Part shown: piece by piece, positions 45,272 to 58,050 of the stretch
How the letters are laid out: each line of letters begins with the position of its first letter
Position numbering within the stretch: position 1 is the first letter of the stretch
Assembly: GCA_029953675.1 (NCBI GenBank)
Contig: JAMWBK010000004.1
Span: 434,001 to 498,000, forward strand
Length of the DNA: 64,000 nucleotides
Direction: 5' to 3'
Source: Rhodosorus marinus CCMP1338
Lineage: Eukaryota; Plantae; Rhodophyta
Notes under the pieces: generated by a model
Seen by the model: only the letters and a program-made list of their open reading frames with translations
Databases searched by the model: none
What the model was told of the DNA's origin: nothing
Program-made: the position numbers and the translations under genes

Positions 45272-46982
45272 TTCGCCTCCCCTCCACCCCAACCACAAAA
45301 TTTCCACAGATCCACAACTCCCTCCACAAACACGTCTTGGCCAGCAACACTTACAAACGCGACATCCTTTCCAATATCCCAAAACAAGTCTCTTCGACTT
45401 AACCCCCACACCTAAAACCACCCCCCTCCCCGGACTCTTTCCCTTTCCTTCTCTGCCATTGGAACCAAAAACAAAAGTCACACCCCCCAGCTCCCTACCA
45501 CCCTCCCACTACTACTAACCACCACAACATCAACAGCCAGCAGTAGCCAAGCAAGCAGCCGAACAGCAGCAGCAGCAGCAGCAGAAGAAGAGCAGCAGCC
45601 GTTGCCCGATCCAAATTCTGATCATCGATCAATCGAATTTTTCGATTAGTTCCGTTGACAATCCAATTCCGATCGATCGATCCAATCGCACAAGTAAACA
45701 GAATTAACAACTAAACCAATCTATCAATGATCAATTATTTTTCTTCTGTAATACTCTTGTGGAATGACATGGAGAGGGAGAGGGTGTTTGATTTTTGAGG
45801 GTTTTTTTGCTGTTTTTTTTTGGGGGGGAGATGGGGCTGGAATGGGGGTTTTGTTTTGGAGACTTTCGATGATCATTGAGTTGGAAGGATTGGGTGGTGT
45901 GGCTGGTGGGTTTGGGATCTGGTGGTGTCGGCTGGTGGGTTTAGGATCTGGTGGTGTCGGCTGGTGGTCTCGGACGTGGTAGTGAGTGGTGGTTTCAGAA
46001 CTGGTGAATGCCGATTTCGGAACTGCCGAGCGCGTGTGGGGTGGTTTCAGAACTGGTAGTGACCCCTTAGAATGCTGGTGGTTTCGAAGCTGCTGGGCAT
46101 TGACTGGTAGACGAGGCTGAGGACACCAGGGCGACAAAGGTGCTTTCAAGGAATCAACCACGCGGATAGTCAAAAACGAAGAGTCAGCTGGTATCCTTGT
46201 GTTGACGACAGACCTGGGAATGCATCTGGTTTTCAACGAATGCAAGGTGATCGCTGTGCGTTCAGTAGAAGAGGATTAATTCTGTTAATCTACCTTGACG
46301 ATATTAAACAACAACAACAATTTATTCAGAGCCTATCCGCTTGGAGGAGCCGGAAAAGGAGACGCAGATGGCGCGCGTCCAACAACAAACAGTATTCGAG
46401 CGCCAGAGAGTCAGAGATAGCTCCGGGGAGGCTGTCTAGATGGCCGGGCGCATGGCGGAAAACACGACGAAGCCAGCGAGAAGCAACACTGTCTTAGAGC
46501 CCAAAGCACTCGATGATCAGCAGTACAAACCGATGAGACAGCGCAATGGGATCTTGGACTTTCAATCATTGAAATGAAGGATTGGTAGTGACTGGTTGTT
46601 TCGGACTGGTGGGAGCTTGAGGCGTTCGGTCATTAGCTCAAGGACAACCTCTGGTGTGGAGGTGTTTGCCATTTGGTTTGTGAGAGGGCTTGGTCTGTAT
46701 GGTAGGTTGGGATGGGATTGATCGTCGAGTCACGTAACTGCCTGATGAGACAATCCGGAATGCGCGATTTGCCTAATACAAGGAATTGGGGCCGTCTTCG
46801 GGGGACTGGGAGGGAGGGTTGAGGGGTTGGGACTTGTTGGACGGGCTGGAGATGACGAAGGTGTTGTATTTGATGGGATTGATCGTGATCCCAGATCTGG
46901 GAGCGAGCTTGTTGATGAGGTGTCTGGTCCGCGTGTGGGAGGACTGGTTGTATGGCGGGTAATCGAAATTGATGTTCATGCC

Positions 46983-47197
46983 ACACAACAGCCGAGCGGT
47001 CATGAGCATACTTTCCGGCAAGCAGCGTTGCAGAGTGATCGAGCGATTTGGCAACAGGTGTTTGCAGTTGCGACAGCTCGCAAACACCTGTTGCCAAATC
47101 GCTCGATCACTCTGCAACGCTGCTTGCCGGAAAGTATGCTCATGACCGCTCGGCTGTTGTGTCAACAGGTGTTTGCAGTTGCGACAGCTCGCAAACA
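46983..47197. repeat. Perfect 83-bp inverted repeat (14-nt loop) followed by a 35-bp direct repeat of the hairpin apex
   Basis: 46983-47065 is the exact reverse complement of 47080-47162; 47163-47197 repeats 47052-47086. Confidence 0.95.
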
Positions 47198-47570
47198 GCT
47201 TCCTCCCTCTCGGCTTACTCTATTGTTCTTTTAGTGATGTTCCGAAACCTTGCGTACGCTACCCAGGAGACCCCTTTACTTATTCGTCCTTTCTCTGGAG
47301 CGTTCGATGGCCAGAGGTGACAATCCGCATCGCTTCTTCTCCACAGCAGATTTCCAACCAGAGTTGGGATCCCGGACTTTTCTAACAACATTCCGTTTGC
47401 TAGACGGGTTGAGCTGCGGAGTCTATGACTCTGCCGCCTCGATTTTCAGTTCTATTGGCAAGGGGGGTAAGCGCAGCCACACCTGCTCAAAATTCTCGTA
47501 AGGCTGCTTTCATTCGGGCGAAAGTCAGATTTTTTCGAAAGCCATTGGCTCACGAAGACGCACAAACGCC

Positions 47571-48302
47571 CTAGGGCGCACTCAGTTCCCGCTCTTGACT
47601 GGGTTCGACAACCAACTCTGCAAAGCTCTCGACTTTGTCGAAATCGAATGGGCCACCGACGCTCCCCCAGACGATCTCCTCGGTCTCGAAATCACGGCCA
47701 ACATCCATTGTTATCAGCTTCTTCTCTCCCAGTTCGTAGTTTCCATCGAGGTAAGTTTCCGCGCCCTCCCGAACCACAACGCACTTCCTTCCTGGACGCG
47801 TCGCTCCCTTCCAAGTCTTACTTCCGAAATCATATGACCAATGGCTTGCGCAGTTCAAAGATTCTTCAGATTCCAGTTTAATAACAGAGTTCGGTTTTAT
47901 CAGCTCCAACTTCTCCCTGTTCCTCGTCGCGCTCCTAAACTCAACCGGCTGCTCAAGTTTATACTTTTGACCAACAACGTAGCCATCCTCGTGTTCAGTG
48001 AAGCCAGTGATGAAAGTCAGGTACGGCTCTTTACTCCCATAGTTGTAATCGTAGAAAGACTCAGATAGGATACCAACTCCGTCCACAACCCCGTCTGGAA
48101 TTGGAACATGGAATTGATGAATATGTGCCCAAATCGCTGAATTCTCCCAGGCCTGGTCCTGATTCGACCAGTGTCCGCACAATGCCTTTGCAAGATCCCG
48201 CGCACCGGGAGGCTGATATGCCATACGGACCCTTACACGATCCCTGACTTGTGCAGGCCTGCGCGAACCGATTCCAACTCCCAAACCAGATACAAACGCC
48301 AT
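47571..48302 (-). CDS. cpcT: Nucleus-encoded, plastid-targeted CpcT/CpeT-family phycobiliprotein lyase
   Basis: MAFVSGLG transit peptide; GHWSNQDQAWEN..WAHI, PG.KC.V.R.G.ETYL, D.G.D.ET.E..WGSVGGPFDF. Confidence 0.9.
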   Translation of the reverse strand: MAFVSGLGVGIGSRRPAQVRDRVRVRMAYQPPGARDLAKALCGHWSNQDQAWENSAIWAHIHQFHVPIPDGVVDGVGILSESFYDYNYGSKEPYLTFITGFTEHEDGYVVGQKYKLEQPVEFRSATRNREKLELIKPNSVIKLESEESLNCASHWSYDFGSKTWKGATRPGRKCVVVREGAETYLDGNYELGEKKLITMDVGRDFETEEIVWGSVGGPFDFDKVESFAELVVEPSQERELSAP

Positions 48303-51300
48303 CCTGCAAGAACAAACCCCCCCCCGAACAAACCTTTCGAACGTCAGTGAAGCCTTCGTCGCCCAACGTCAAACTCTTTTCTCTTCCCACCGCCTGGCGC
48401 CCCCGACGTTCACCTTCTTAAAATAGGTCTGACCGAACTACCGAACAGGTGCACGCGGTCGGTGCAAAACGGTTCTGGGCAAACGGTGGGGGATTGTGGA
48501 TGGTTTTTTTTGTTTTTTCTCAGCGATAGCTGCTGCTCTCGAGAATTCTCCAGACCAGGATCTTCCACAAACAAAACACGGAAGAGGAGTTGTAGTAGTA
48601 GATCTCTTTCACATTGCCAGGAGCCTATCTCGGCTATCCATCTCCACTTCCTCGGACCAAATCGAGTCTCAATCGCCATCCTCATTCAACAGATTTCAGA
48701 TTTCCATACTGTCACTCTGAATTCAATCAAATTTAAAGACTGACTATTTCCGTTTGATCTCTGAGGGCCTTCTATTCAGTCTTTATCATACACGGATTGA
48801 AAACAAAGACGACACTGAAAAAGATTTTCAGCCGGATAACGTTTGCTAACAAAAAGAGGGCGTCCACAAACCTTGAAAGATTCCCAAAGTATTTCAAATA
48901 ATAATTTATTTTCTTTATTTACCCGTCGAGGGGATAGCTTGGGGGGCCAGCTAGGGAGCGGTGTGGTTTGATCTCCCTCCAGAATAAAAAATCACGAGAG
49001 CACGAAATCAGGGGCGAGATAGTATTAAATTTACGACAAAGTTGAGTCATAATTGGTTTTTGGAAAATAGTGATGTGAACAGCTGTCTCTTATTCTAAAT
49101 TTATTTTTTTGATTTAGAAGTAGCTTCTATAAAATGAAGAAAACGGCTGAAGCCACTTCAAAAATGCAAAAAAAGAGAGTTTAGAGTTTTTCCGATGGCC
49201 TAGTTTTATTTTTGTCTAGTGAAAAACAAACTTTTTTTTTATCCTTTGAACCGGGACGTGAATTGTAATAAATTTAGAACAGGGCTGAGATTGTTTAACA
49301 AAAACGTCAAAATTATTTATTTGACTGACATTAATATTTAATAAGTGGGTGGAAATTAGTTGACTGTTACCCACTGCGGGACGCAGCTCAAACTCTACTT
49401 GAGGATATTGTGAAGTTTTTAAAAAAGGAATAAAACAGCTTTGAAAAGTTTGTGAAGGCGGGCGGGGCCAGAGTGGTTATAGTTGAGGTTGGGGGGGCCA
49501 TTGCCTTCCGATAGAGCATACGGCCGGTGTAGGAGCTCACCAGGCAAGTAGAATTGCTGCTGGCTTTTGCTTCTGAAATCTTGTGATTCTCACCCTCCCC
49601 CGAACCAGCGACGGTTGTTTCTGGTCGGTGTCCCACTCATCAACACCTGCCCAACGAAACGAAAGAAACCGAAAAAGGAGCCTGGCCGCTGAATTCAGAA
49701 AACAGTGAGTGCTTGCAAAATAATTCCTTTTTTAGTTGTTGATGCTTCCGGGTTTTACCGGATCTCTACTTGTTCTTGGGGTTACGGTGCCCGACGGAAA
49801 TGTCAAAGTCAGCTACCGAGGATCTTGGACTCAGCTGCGCTTCGGCCCCGAGACAATCCGAGATGGAGGTGGGGGGTGGACACAAATATTGTGCATCGAG
49901 AAGGGCCTGAAGCCATCAACCTAAAGATATCCTCTAAGATTGTCCCTCCGGAAACCGCACTGTTGCGACCTCACCTGTACAACGAACCGACGTCGATCTT
50001 TACAAACTTCTAACGGCTTTTCTTCGTTGAGTGTCCCTTCTCTGATTGCTCAGAACCAAACTAGCCTGGGAAGATGAGTTTTGGAGCCCATGTGCTCTTC
50101 CATATTGAATCGACGACAAGTTGAACTTGATGATTCCATAAGATCAACTCAAACTAAAGCCGGAGACCATGGAAAGCACAGATCCACTGGCACAGAATCA
50201 AAGCTCACAGGAAACAGTCCAGGAATAGGCATGGCATATATACCTTCAACCGCCTCTCGCCGTTCCATACCATCATCTTCATACACGTCAAGAACCCAAA
50301 AATTCAAGGTGGAGAGTCCACGCGTCAAGAAAACCGACGCGCTCTCCTGAGCGCGAGTGGGTCTATGAAAATGAAAACTAATCCCATGCTCAGCAAATGT
50401 CCTTAAAATTAAACAAAAACAAAAATGAATTTTTTCTAGCGCTACAAAAAGTTATCAAAATTTCATCAAGCAACCTGGACAAGAATACGTACAAAAATTT
50501 CCTTCTCTGATTGGAAGAATATGAATTTTATACATATTACAGACAAAAACGATTTGGTACTTGATGGAAAATTCCATCTAATTTTTTTTTGGAATGCGAA
50601 GGGAATTTATTTATTGCTTTCTTTTCGCTCAAGCAGCATTATTTTATTCGTCATATTAGGTTCCCAGAGTTTGATTGAGACAACCACCCCCCCTGTTAGT
50701 ACATCATTTTTCTTCAGGGTTGTCTGAACGATTTGGGCATGGGGGCGCGGGGAGGGGGGGGGCGGGGTTGGGGAAGTCGTCTAGAGGGTCACAAATGGGA
50801 CAGGTGGTTTTGGATGTACAGAAGGGAACAGATGGCTTTGCAGGGGATGTATTCAACGGTGGCGCCTTTGTTTTCGACATAGCAGGATATGCCGGTGGAG
50901 CTCGAAGCAGGATGGAATAGAGTCCTTTCTTCAGCATTTCGGAAAGCGCGACGGGAGTGAAGACCGCTTTTGATGTTCGAAGACGGTCCCCGTGACCTTG
51001 GGGTGCCAAGTAGCTTAACTCTGAACCGAACCCGGCAGCTTCACAACCGTGAGCTGCTCATGCAACTCGAAATCATTTTCGTTCTTGCCTTGTGGTTTTG
51101 CTTTGCTTCTATTGCTTTCTTCATAGCCAAGTTCATGAACCGTGTCCACTTCCATGAGACAGCTCAATTTGAGTAACTTTGTCCGCGCCCCCTATGAGAT
51201 GACACAGACGGTAAGGAGGACCCCTCACCTCACCTCACTCCTCAACTTAACGTGACGTAGGAGTACTCCAGAGCGCTTCCAAACCGCTGCCCAGGTCTTC

Positions 51301-53141
51301 ACCAGATCATCTCGCTCCCGCAAGTTCCAAACCACCACAACGAGCGTTAAGAGAAGATACATCACCGCTTCAGGGACCCCCGAAGTTGACCAACCCAACC
51401 ATTTCCCGTTCCCAACACCCTCCATCTGCTCGATCTTTCCAAAAGGGAGAAACTCGTTTTGTCCCAAACGCTTGGGACAAACGATGATCGATTCCTTGTC
51501 TTCCTCCCCCCACCCCTTCACAAGCATTGTCTAGGACCACCGTCCGATTTTTTCGTTCCCAAAGGCCTCCCTGCCCGCGAGGACTCCTCAAGCACCAGCA
51601 CGTATCGATCCACTAAGAAAATGCCCCGTCCACACGGAGGGCTTAGTTGTGTAGGAAATGCTGGTTTTTCAAAAATATTATTCAAAGGTCCATAAAATTT
51701 ATTCACAACCAACTGTCTGGCCGTTCAATCAGAGCGCTCTAGCTGGGATTTATGGTATTTTCTAGTCACAAATACAACCAATAAAATACCGTAATAGATT
51801 CATGATATCCAATCGTTATGATGCTAATCGTCGGTAGTTCTAGATTTTCCCAAAACACATATTCCATTTTTTATATCCCCCTGTTACTTTACTTTTATTT
51901 GTATTTTTCTGAATGCAGCCTTCTCCCCCAATGACCTGCCATCGACTGAATCCATTTTGTTTTCCACCAAACAACAGACGTTTGGTCTAAATGCATACAA
52001 AACTGTTTGCACATCCCCGTACAACTAGCTATTTTACAGGGGGGGTAGCGGGCATGGTTTAATCTTCTCCTTCCTCGAAACAGGATAATTAATATCCAAT
52101 AAACCTGATCAAGATTCGTTGTTCATACCTTTCTTGTTTTTCCAAGCCGTATTTTATTGCATCCTCTTTTTTTTCTCAGTAACAAAATACACCAAAAAAA
52201 AGGGTCATCGGAAAATCAGTGAAAAAACTCCAACCATTCTGTTTCCATACCTCAAAAGGGGCCTTTTACAGCCCACGCCAATTTCTCGGAAAATCTTTGA
52301 AAAAAGCTTAGTTTTTGGAACCCGGCCGCGTTTTTTTTTGGTTTGGAAGCCGCTTACGCGCTAACGAAAAAACCACTATAATTCATTTTATTTCCAATCG
52401 CTGAAGCTTTTTTTCACGAAAAAATCTGTTTCGCTTGTTTTTTTTTTCGGATGGGGAGTTGTCGTTTTAACTATTGGGAGCAGGGGTCATATTTTGTTAT
52501 AAAATATCTGCCCTCACGGAGAGGAAACGAGAGGGGGAAAAAGGAGGGGGGGGTTTTTTGTTGAGGACGAGATGGAAATGGTATTTTTCGGACCAGATTG
52601 GGCATGTATTGAGCACTCGAAGCTAACGTCTGATCCACCCCCCTTTTTTCGACCCCCTTTTCGTTGGGGTTTTAATTCTATGGAAATATAGGGTAGGGTA
52701 TGGAAAAACCATGAGATTCCTGACGTTTAGAAAATTGTTTCGTTTGATACGTATTTACGAACATATCTTGTTGATGGAAAAACGGGAAGGGGGGGTGGAG
52801 TGGGGTAGGTGTTTGATGGAAATTTCTTTGTTCTGAGGAGCATTTGTCATCCATTTTCTCCGGAGGAGATGGGGTTGCGTGGGTTGGGGCTATTGTTCCG
52901 CTGTTGTGTGAGCATATAGGTTTGAGGGTTTGGACGATTTGGGAATGGAGAGGGTAGTAGCGGTGGACGGGGAGTTAGGACGGACGGGGTAGCTAGTGTG
53001 TGGGATGGGTTCGGATAAAACCGGACGAGGTGAGACCATTTCGATTTTGGTTGAAAGGAGGGGTAGAGGGGGGTGAGGCGGTTGGATAGACTAGCATTTG
53101 TTTGGGGGTAGGGAGGGTGTTGCCACGTGAGAGCGTCAAGG

Positions 53142-54332
53142 ATGAGGACCTTTTTTGTTATAGGGCTCGTGGTTGTCTTGGGAGTGGTTAGGGGTCAGGG
53201 TGGAGATTTTGTGCTGGATGAGTCGAGGATTCCGGACTGTCCGACAGATGAAGGGGGGAAGCTGACGGAGGAGTTTCAGCTCACTGTGGTCCGCCCGTTG
53301 TGTACGAATGAATGTTATCCTTATGACGAAGGAATTGATGTGCTTCTAGAAGCTCTGGAGGACGGTCTGAAGTGCCAACAGGAGTTTATTCGGAGCGCCA
53401 GCTCCGACGCGGAAGAAACAATGCCTCCGCTTACCCCGGACGAGGCAGCGTTTGCCCAACTCGTGTGGGACGGTACCCTAGAGACGGCTGCGTATGACAA
53501 CTCTTGTACAGCCATTGTGGATGGAGAGAAGAAGTTGTGCTTCAATGCGGAGGCTGTTCTTGAGCTTGTGAAGGCGAACGAATTATTCTGCTTTGATCCC
53601 GAGTCAAATTCGCCTTTACCGACACCATCTGACTTGTCAATAGTCTTGAACTGCGATCCGGAGTTCACCTTTAGGATGGACTCCTTCAAGCCATCCGCTG
53701 AACTTCAGGAGCAGGTTGATGCACCGCCACCTGTGGAGGATCCATCGCAATGCGTCGTGCCCAACGGGTGTTCTGTCGGTGACACGATTAGGCTTTACTA
53801 TTACCAGGCGAACTTAGTAGTGAATCTTCAAACTTTGATTGAAGAGCAGTTCACAATGAAGCAGAAACTGTTCAGACAGAAGAGATTCGTTAGGGAGTTG
53901 AAGGAGACTTGCGAGAGCCCTAACTGCGTATCTATTCTGCAGCAAAAGCTTCCGGTTCTCAATGACGAAATTGCGACCATTCAGGATCGACTTGGTCAAG
54001 TTGAGATACAGTTGGCTGAGGCTGAGGCGTTCTTGGAGCTGGTCGTGGCGCAGCTTCCGGGCGGTGGCGGAGCTGTTCGTGTCGCGACAACGTTGGTGAG
54101 TCGAGCAGACTCAGGAACCACTTGGCCAAGGTGTAGGGATAGGAGGGAATGTGATGGCCACGTTTGGCAAGCAAACGTCTGGATCAACTCACAATGCCGA
54201 TCGATTTGCGTCGGATTCCCATGTCAGCAACGGCTGACGATTAAGTGGTGCTTATCGGAAACGCTCAAGAGCGGGCTCACAAGGCCGAACTGCCATGCCA
54301 ACGCCTACACTCGAGATACGTGCTTCCCATAG
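53142..54332 (+). CDS. Secreted Cys-rich coiled-coil protein, acidic paralog
   Basis: Signal peptide MRTFFVIGLVVVLGVVRG; intronless; collinear Cys pattern with 56143-57357; C-terminal WPRCRDRRECDGH...CHANAYTRDTCFP. Confidence 0.9.
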   Translation: MRTFFVIGLVVVLGVVRGQGGDFVLDESRIPDCPTDEGGKLTEEFQLTVVRPLCTNECYPYDEGIDVLLEALEDGLKCQQEFIRSASSDAEETMPPLTPDEAAFAQLVWDGTLETAAYDNSCTAIVDGEKKLCFNAEAVLELVKANELFCFDPESNSPLPTPSDLSIVLNCDPEFTFRMDSFKPSAELQEQVDAPPPVEDPSQCVVPNGCSVGDTIRLYYYQANLVVNLQTLIEEQFTMKQKLFRQKRFVRELKETCESPNCVSILQQKLPVLNDEIATIQDRLGQVEIQLAEAEAFLELVVAQLPGGGGAVRVATTLVSRADSGTTWPRCRDRRECDGHVWQANVWINSQCRSICVGFPCQQRLTIKWCLSETLKSGLTRPNCHANAYTRDTCFP

Positions 54333-56142
54333 GCTTTGGTGGTAGTGTTCAAGAGGTCATTAATTTCATGTACAGAGTCGGATCACGCGAAGATCAGTTG
54401 TGGTCCACGAGTTTTCTATTAAACGGAGCCGTGTAGAAAACCTGCTTCAGAACCTGAGGTTGCCGAGTAATACATCCTGTTGCAGGCGTCGTGGATTTGA
54501 CTGTGGACACGAAGGGCCTGTTCAAATTTCCTCCAGCCACCAGCGAGGAACCCATTGTTTAAGCGCAGCACGCGTCGTAGAGAGAGAACCATGACAGGAA
54601 CCATGGACAGAATCACTCATCCGTAGTTCCTGACACCGACAGCCGTATTGTCTCAGCCGTGCTTTGAACCCTGGTTCGTCCGGAGAACGGTTATTCCGTT
54701 CACAGAACATGAGAAGCGCCTTGCTCCAACTCGGGACCGAAATTCGGCTTCGTCAACCCTCGTACCTTCTTCGCCTGCACCGCTTGCTTAAATCTCTGGC
54801 TGTCTATACGAACCCCGTTCTTGCTCTCCACCCACTAACACAGTACAGCACATATATCCTCCGTGCGCTTTTCCTTTACCCACCAGCCAACCGTCAACGG
54901 CCAATCAAAAAAAAAAACACAGAAAGAGAGAAAAAAAAACCAACCCATGACGGTATATCTCTCCAGTACAGATTTAGGTGCTAGTTCACAAAATATGAAT
55001 TTTTGGGAGATAAATATTCAATTTGACAAAATTTTTGATCATACGTGACATAAATTATGAAGTAACTTTCTACATTTATTCGATAATGTTTCATGGTTGT
55101 TTTTTTTTCCTTAAAAGTTGATCGGAGAGGGCGACTGAGATATTTGCCAGTTGGCTAACTCGATCTGCACTTTGAAAGCGTGGCGTGGAGGAAGTTTCCG
55201 TTGAATGATGAATGGGGTCAAAGAAGAACCGCCACCTAACTCTCTTCGCGATCAGGAAACAGTACCGAAAAGCAATCGAAAAGTGGCCAGGGTAGAGAGG
55301 GGGGAGGAGGAGCTGTCCCGGGTATTGATCTCTATCCTTTTTTTTGAATTCTGATTATCCGGGAGATGAAGAGGCGCGCGGTGTGTGGGTGTGTGGGAAT
55401 GGGGCTCTTCTTTGTCTGCGGTACACGACATCCGAGGCGCGTAACCCGAGCACACAGTGCTCGGCTAATCAAAAGAAAAAGGAGTGATACTTCTTATCTA
55501 CTCAAAACAATAACACAATATACGCTTTAACCTTCCCAGAAAAAGAAGATAAGAAACCATCACCCAGACCGCCATTCCACCTAATCTTTGACTGCCAAAA
55601 CCTACCTCACCCCGGACCTCCCACTCCTCCCCCTCCCAAACTGCAATGCGCAATGTTCCGGAGGGCCTCGGGCCCCAACACCTTAAAACGAAAGTTACTG
55701 ACTAGAAACCTAACGAAAGTTAATACTAAGGGGGGGGGGTTAACTTATTCTCGTTTACTTAATATTTGATTCTGAATCTTTTCATATTAAACTATTTTTA
55801 TCCAGTATTTTTACCCTTCTTACATTCCAAATTCAATTTTAATAAGGGGGGGAGAAGGTTGAGGGGAGAAATTAATTTTTTTTCTTGCGTTGATCAAAAT
55901 TTCTTTTTCTGGTTGGCAAGCAGTTGCTCGGCTTGCATGTAAGATTTCTTCACGGGCTGAACTTCTCAGCTTCGCTTGTAGGGCTGGCGACGAGTATATA
56001 TATCTAGAGAGCCGGTGAGATATGGGAGCTTTGTTGAGGGTAAGGGGAGAAAGGGATGAGGAGGATGAGAATGGGTTTCCTGGTGGTGGTGGAGTTTTTT
56101 GGAGGAGGGTGTTTTTGGCGGATCGCTGGATTTTGATGAGAG

Positions 56143-57357
56143 ATGAGGGTTTTGGGATTGGCGTGCCTGGTGATTGTCCTGGTTTTTCTGCCGGGAGGGG
56201 AATGTGGTAGTAACTTTAATTTGAACAAGTCGAGGATACCAAAGTGCCCTGTGAACAGAAAAGGCCAGCTGACGGAGGAGTTTCGGCTGGGCCTGGTACG
56301 GCCTCTGTGCGTCCATGAGTGTTGGCCGTTCAAGGAGGGAAAGGAGACGCTTTTGATCGCCTTGGAAGCTGGTTTGAAGTGTCATCGGGAGAATATTGCG
56401 TATTCTGGTTTCGGTTATAGGGGTCTCGGTGGTCGTCCGCTTACCCCGGAGGAGCTTAAGTTCACTAAAAGGACTTGGAACAAGGTATTGAAGAGGGTGG
56501 CGTATAAAGATTCCTGCCGATTCAAGGGTCCAAGTGCAGGAAACAAGTTATGCTTCAGTGCAGAGGCTGTGGTTGAGCTCGTGAGGGCAAACGAAGAGTA
56601 CTGCTTCGACCCTGGTTGCGGCAAACGACGATCTCCCCCCAAGGACTTGGCAATAGTGATGAACTGCGATCCCGAGTTTTCTTTGGAAGAAGATCCGTTC
56701 AAGCCATCTCCTGAACTGCAGGACCGAATAGCTGAAGTGGCCCCCGTGCGAAGCCCCTCCCGATGTCTGCTACCTGGCCGGTGCACTGATGCAGAGATCC
56801 TTCTGCTTTACTTCTACCAGTCTCGTCTGGTGATGAACCTTCAGCAACTGATAGCAGAGCTGGAGAAGATGAAAAGAAAATTCTTCAGACAGAAGCGGTT
56901 CATTAGAAACTTTCAGTGCAAATGCAGGCGGAGGGGTTGCAAGGATCTCCTCGCGAGAAAGATTCCAGTCATCCTGGAGGAAATTACGCAGCTTACCGAG
57001 CGGATTCAGTACCTGAAGCGAGAGCTAAGAGTTGCTGAGGACTTTTTAGAGCGGTTGAAGGAGGTTCTCCCTTCTCATGGTCCAGGGGAGCCTACTCTAG
57101 CCGCGACTGTGGGGGGGGCCCTTTCCGTGCGAGCCGATATCCAGTGGCCAAAATGCAGGGACAGGACTGTATGTGACGGCCACAATTGGAAGCCAAACGT
57201 GTGGCTCAACTCCCAATGTCGTTCCGTATGCGTCGGTTTTCCCTGTATTGACAGGCTCACTATAAAGTGGTGCGTATCGGAAACGGTCAAGAGTGGTCTA
57301 ACCAAGAAGAACTGCCACGCCAACGCCTACACGAGGGACAGATGCTTCCCTTTTTAG
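56143..57357 (+). CDS. Secreted Cys-rich coiled-coil protein, basic paralog
   Basis: Signal peptide MRVLGLACLVIVLVFLPGGECG; 404 aa; collinear with 53142-54332. Confidence 0.9.
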   Translation: MRVLGLACLVIVLVFLPGGECGSNFNLNKSRIPKCPVNRKGQLTEEFRLGLVRPLCVHECWPFKEGKETLLIALEAGLKCHRENIAYSGFGYRGLGGRPLTPEELKFTKRTWNKVLKRVAYKDSCRFKGPSAGNKLCFSAEAVVELVRANEEYCFDPGCGKRRSPPKDLAIVMNCDPEFSLEEDPFKPSPELQDRIAEVAPVRSPSRCLLPGRCTDAEILLLYFYQSRLVMNLQQLIAELEKMKRKFFRQKRFIRNFQCKCRRRGCKDLLARKIPVILEEITQLTERIQYLKRELRVAEDFLERLKEVLPSHGPGEPTLAATVGGALSVRADIQWPKCRDRTVCDGHNWKPNVWLNSQCRSVCVGFPCIDRLTIKWCVSETVKSGLTKKNCHANAYTRDRCFPF

Positions 57358-57858
57358 GCTGTGTTTCAGAACGGCCAGGTGAAGTTGTTGTGACTCTTCA
57401 CTGAGGCGCCACGTTCATCAATTTTGCTACATCGCTGGTCCTTGCCGTTTCCAATAGATCCCGTGAAACCCGCTCGCAACATCCAACCTTTGAGCACCAG
57501 CGGGAGCTTTGCGACCTTTTATGTCAATGATCCTATGGAACGAGACGACGACTTCAGGCAGTCCTAATATGATTAGGAAACAAGACTAAACAGCAAAAAA
57601 CGGGAAGTTTCTATGCATGTGCTCTTTTTGGACGAGGCCTTTCCTTCTGCTTGGTTCCTACTTCACAAGGCTGACCCCCTGGGGTTACGTTAGCTCATAC
57701 GGTTTTAATGATGCGCAACTACATGTCCGACGTTATACAGGAAATTGGGACACGAGGTGGAGATTATCCTTTCACACTGCACGGAAACAATTTGCTTTGG
57801 AGATCAACCGCAGCCCAGCTGCACTGGATCTGGGACCTGGAATATGTTAACACCCGTT

Positions 57859-58050
57859 GTAGCTTACAGCAGCCGTTGACTAAATCATGCTGGTCTTCCT
57901 CCACGGGCACTGCCCCAGCTTGAATTTGGTGAGTGAGGACGACCTCCCCTCGGTAGCTTACAGCAGTCGTTGATTAGGTTTGATAGTCTGCCTCCACGGT
58001 CACAACCCGGACTTCAATCCGGTAAGTGGGGACGAGCTCCCCTTGGTCAA
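57859..58050. repeat. Diverged two-copy tandem repeat, period 94
   Basis: GTAGCTTACAGCAG.CGTTGA.TA...CCTCCACGG...GT(G/A)AGTG.GGACGA.CTCCCCT at 57859 and 57953. Confidence 0.8.

Noticed and set aside
45530-45730. (CAG)n tract and GATC-rich stretch upstream of IDH
   Set aside because: Simple low-complexity repeats; no ORF context for polyQ.
45724-46980. ORFs resembling a retroelement
   Set aside because: No RT, EN or gag motif could be named; probably decayed repeat DNA.
49620-51530. Short ORFs, including a 68-aa TM-containing frame (50970-51176)
   Set aside because: In-frame stops upstream and no family match; left unannotated.
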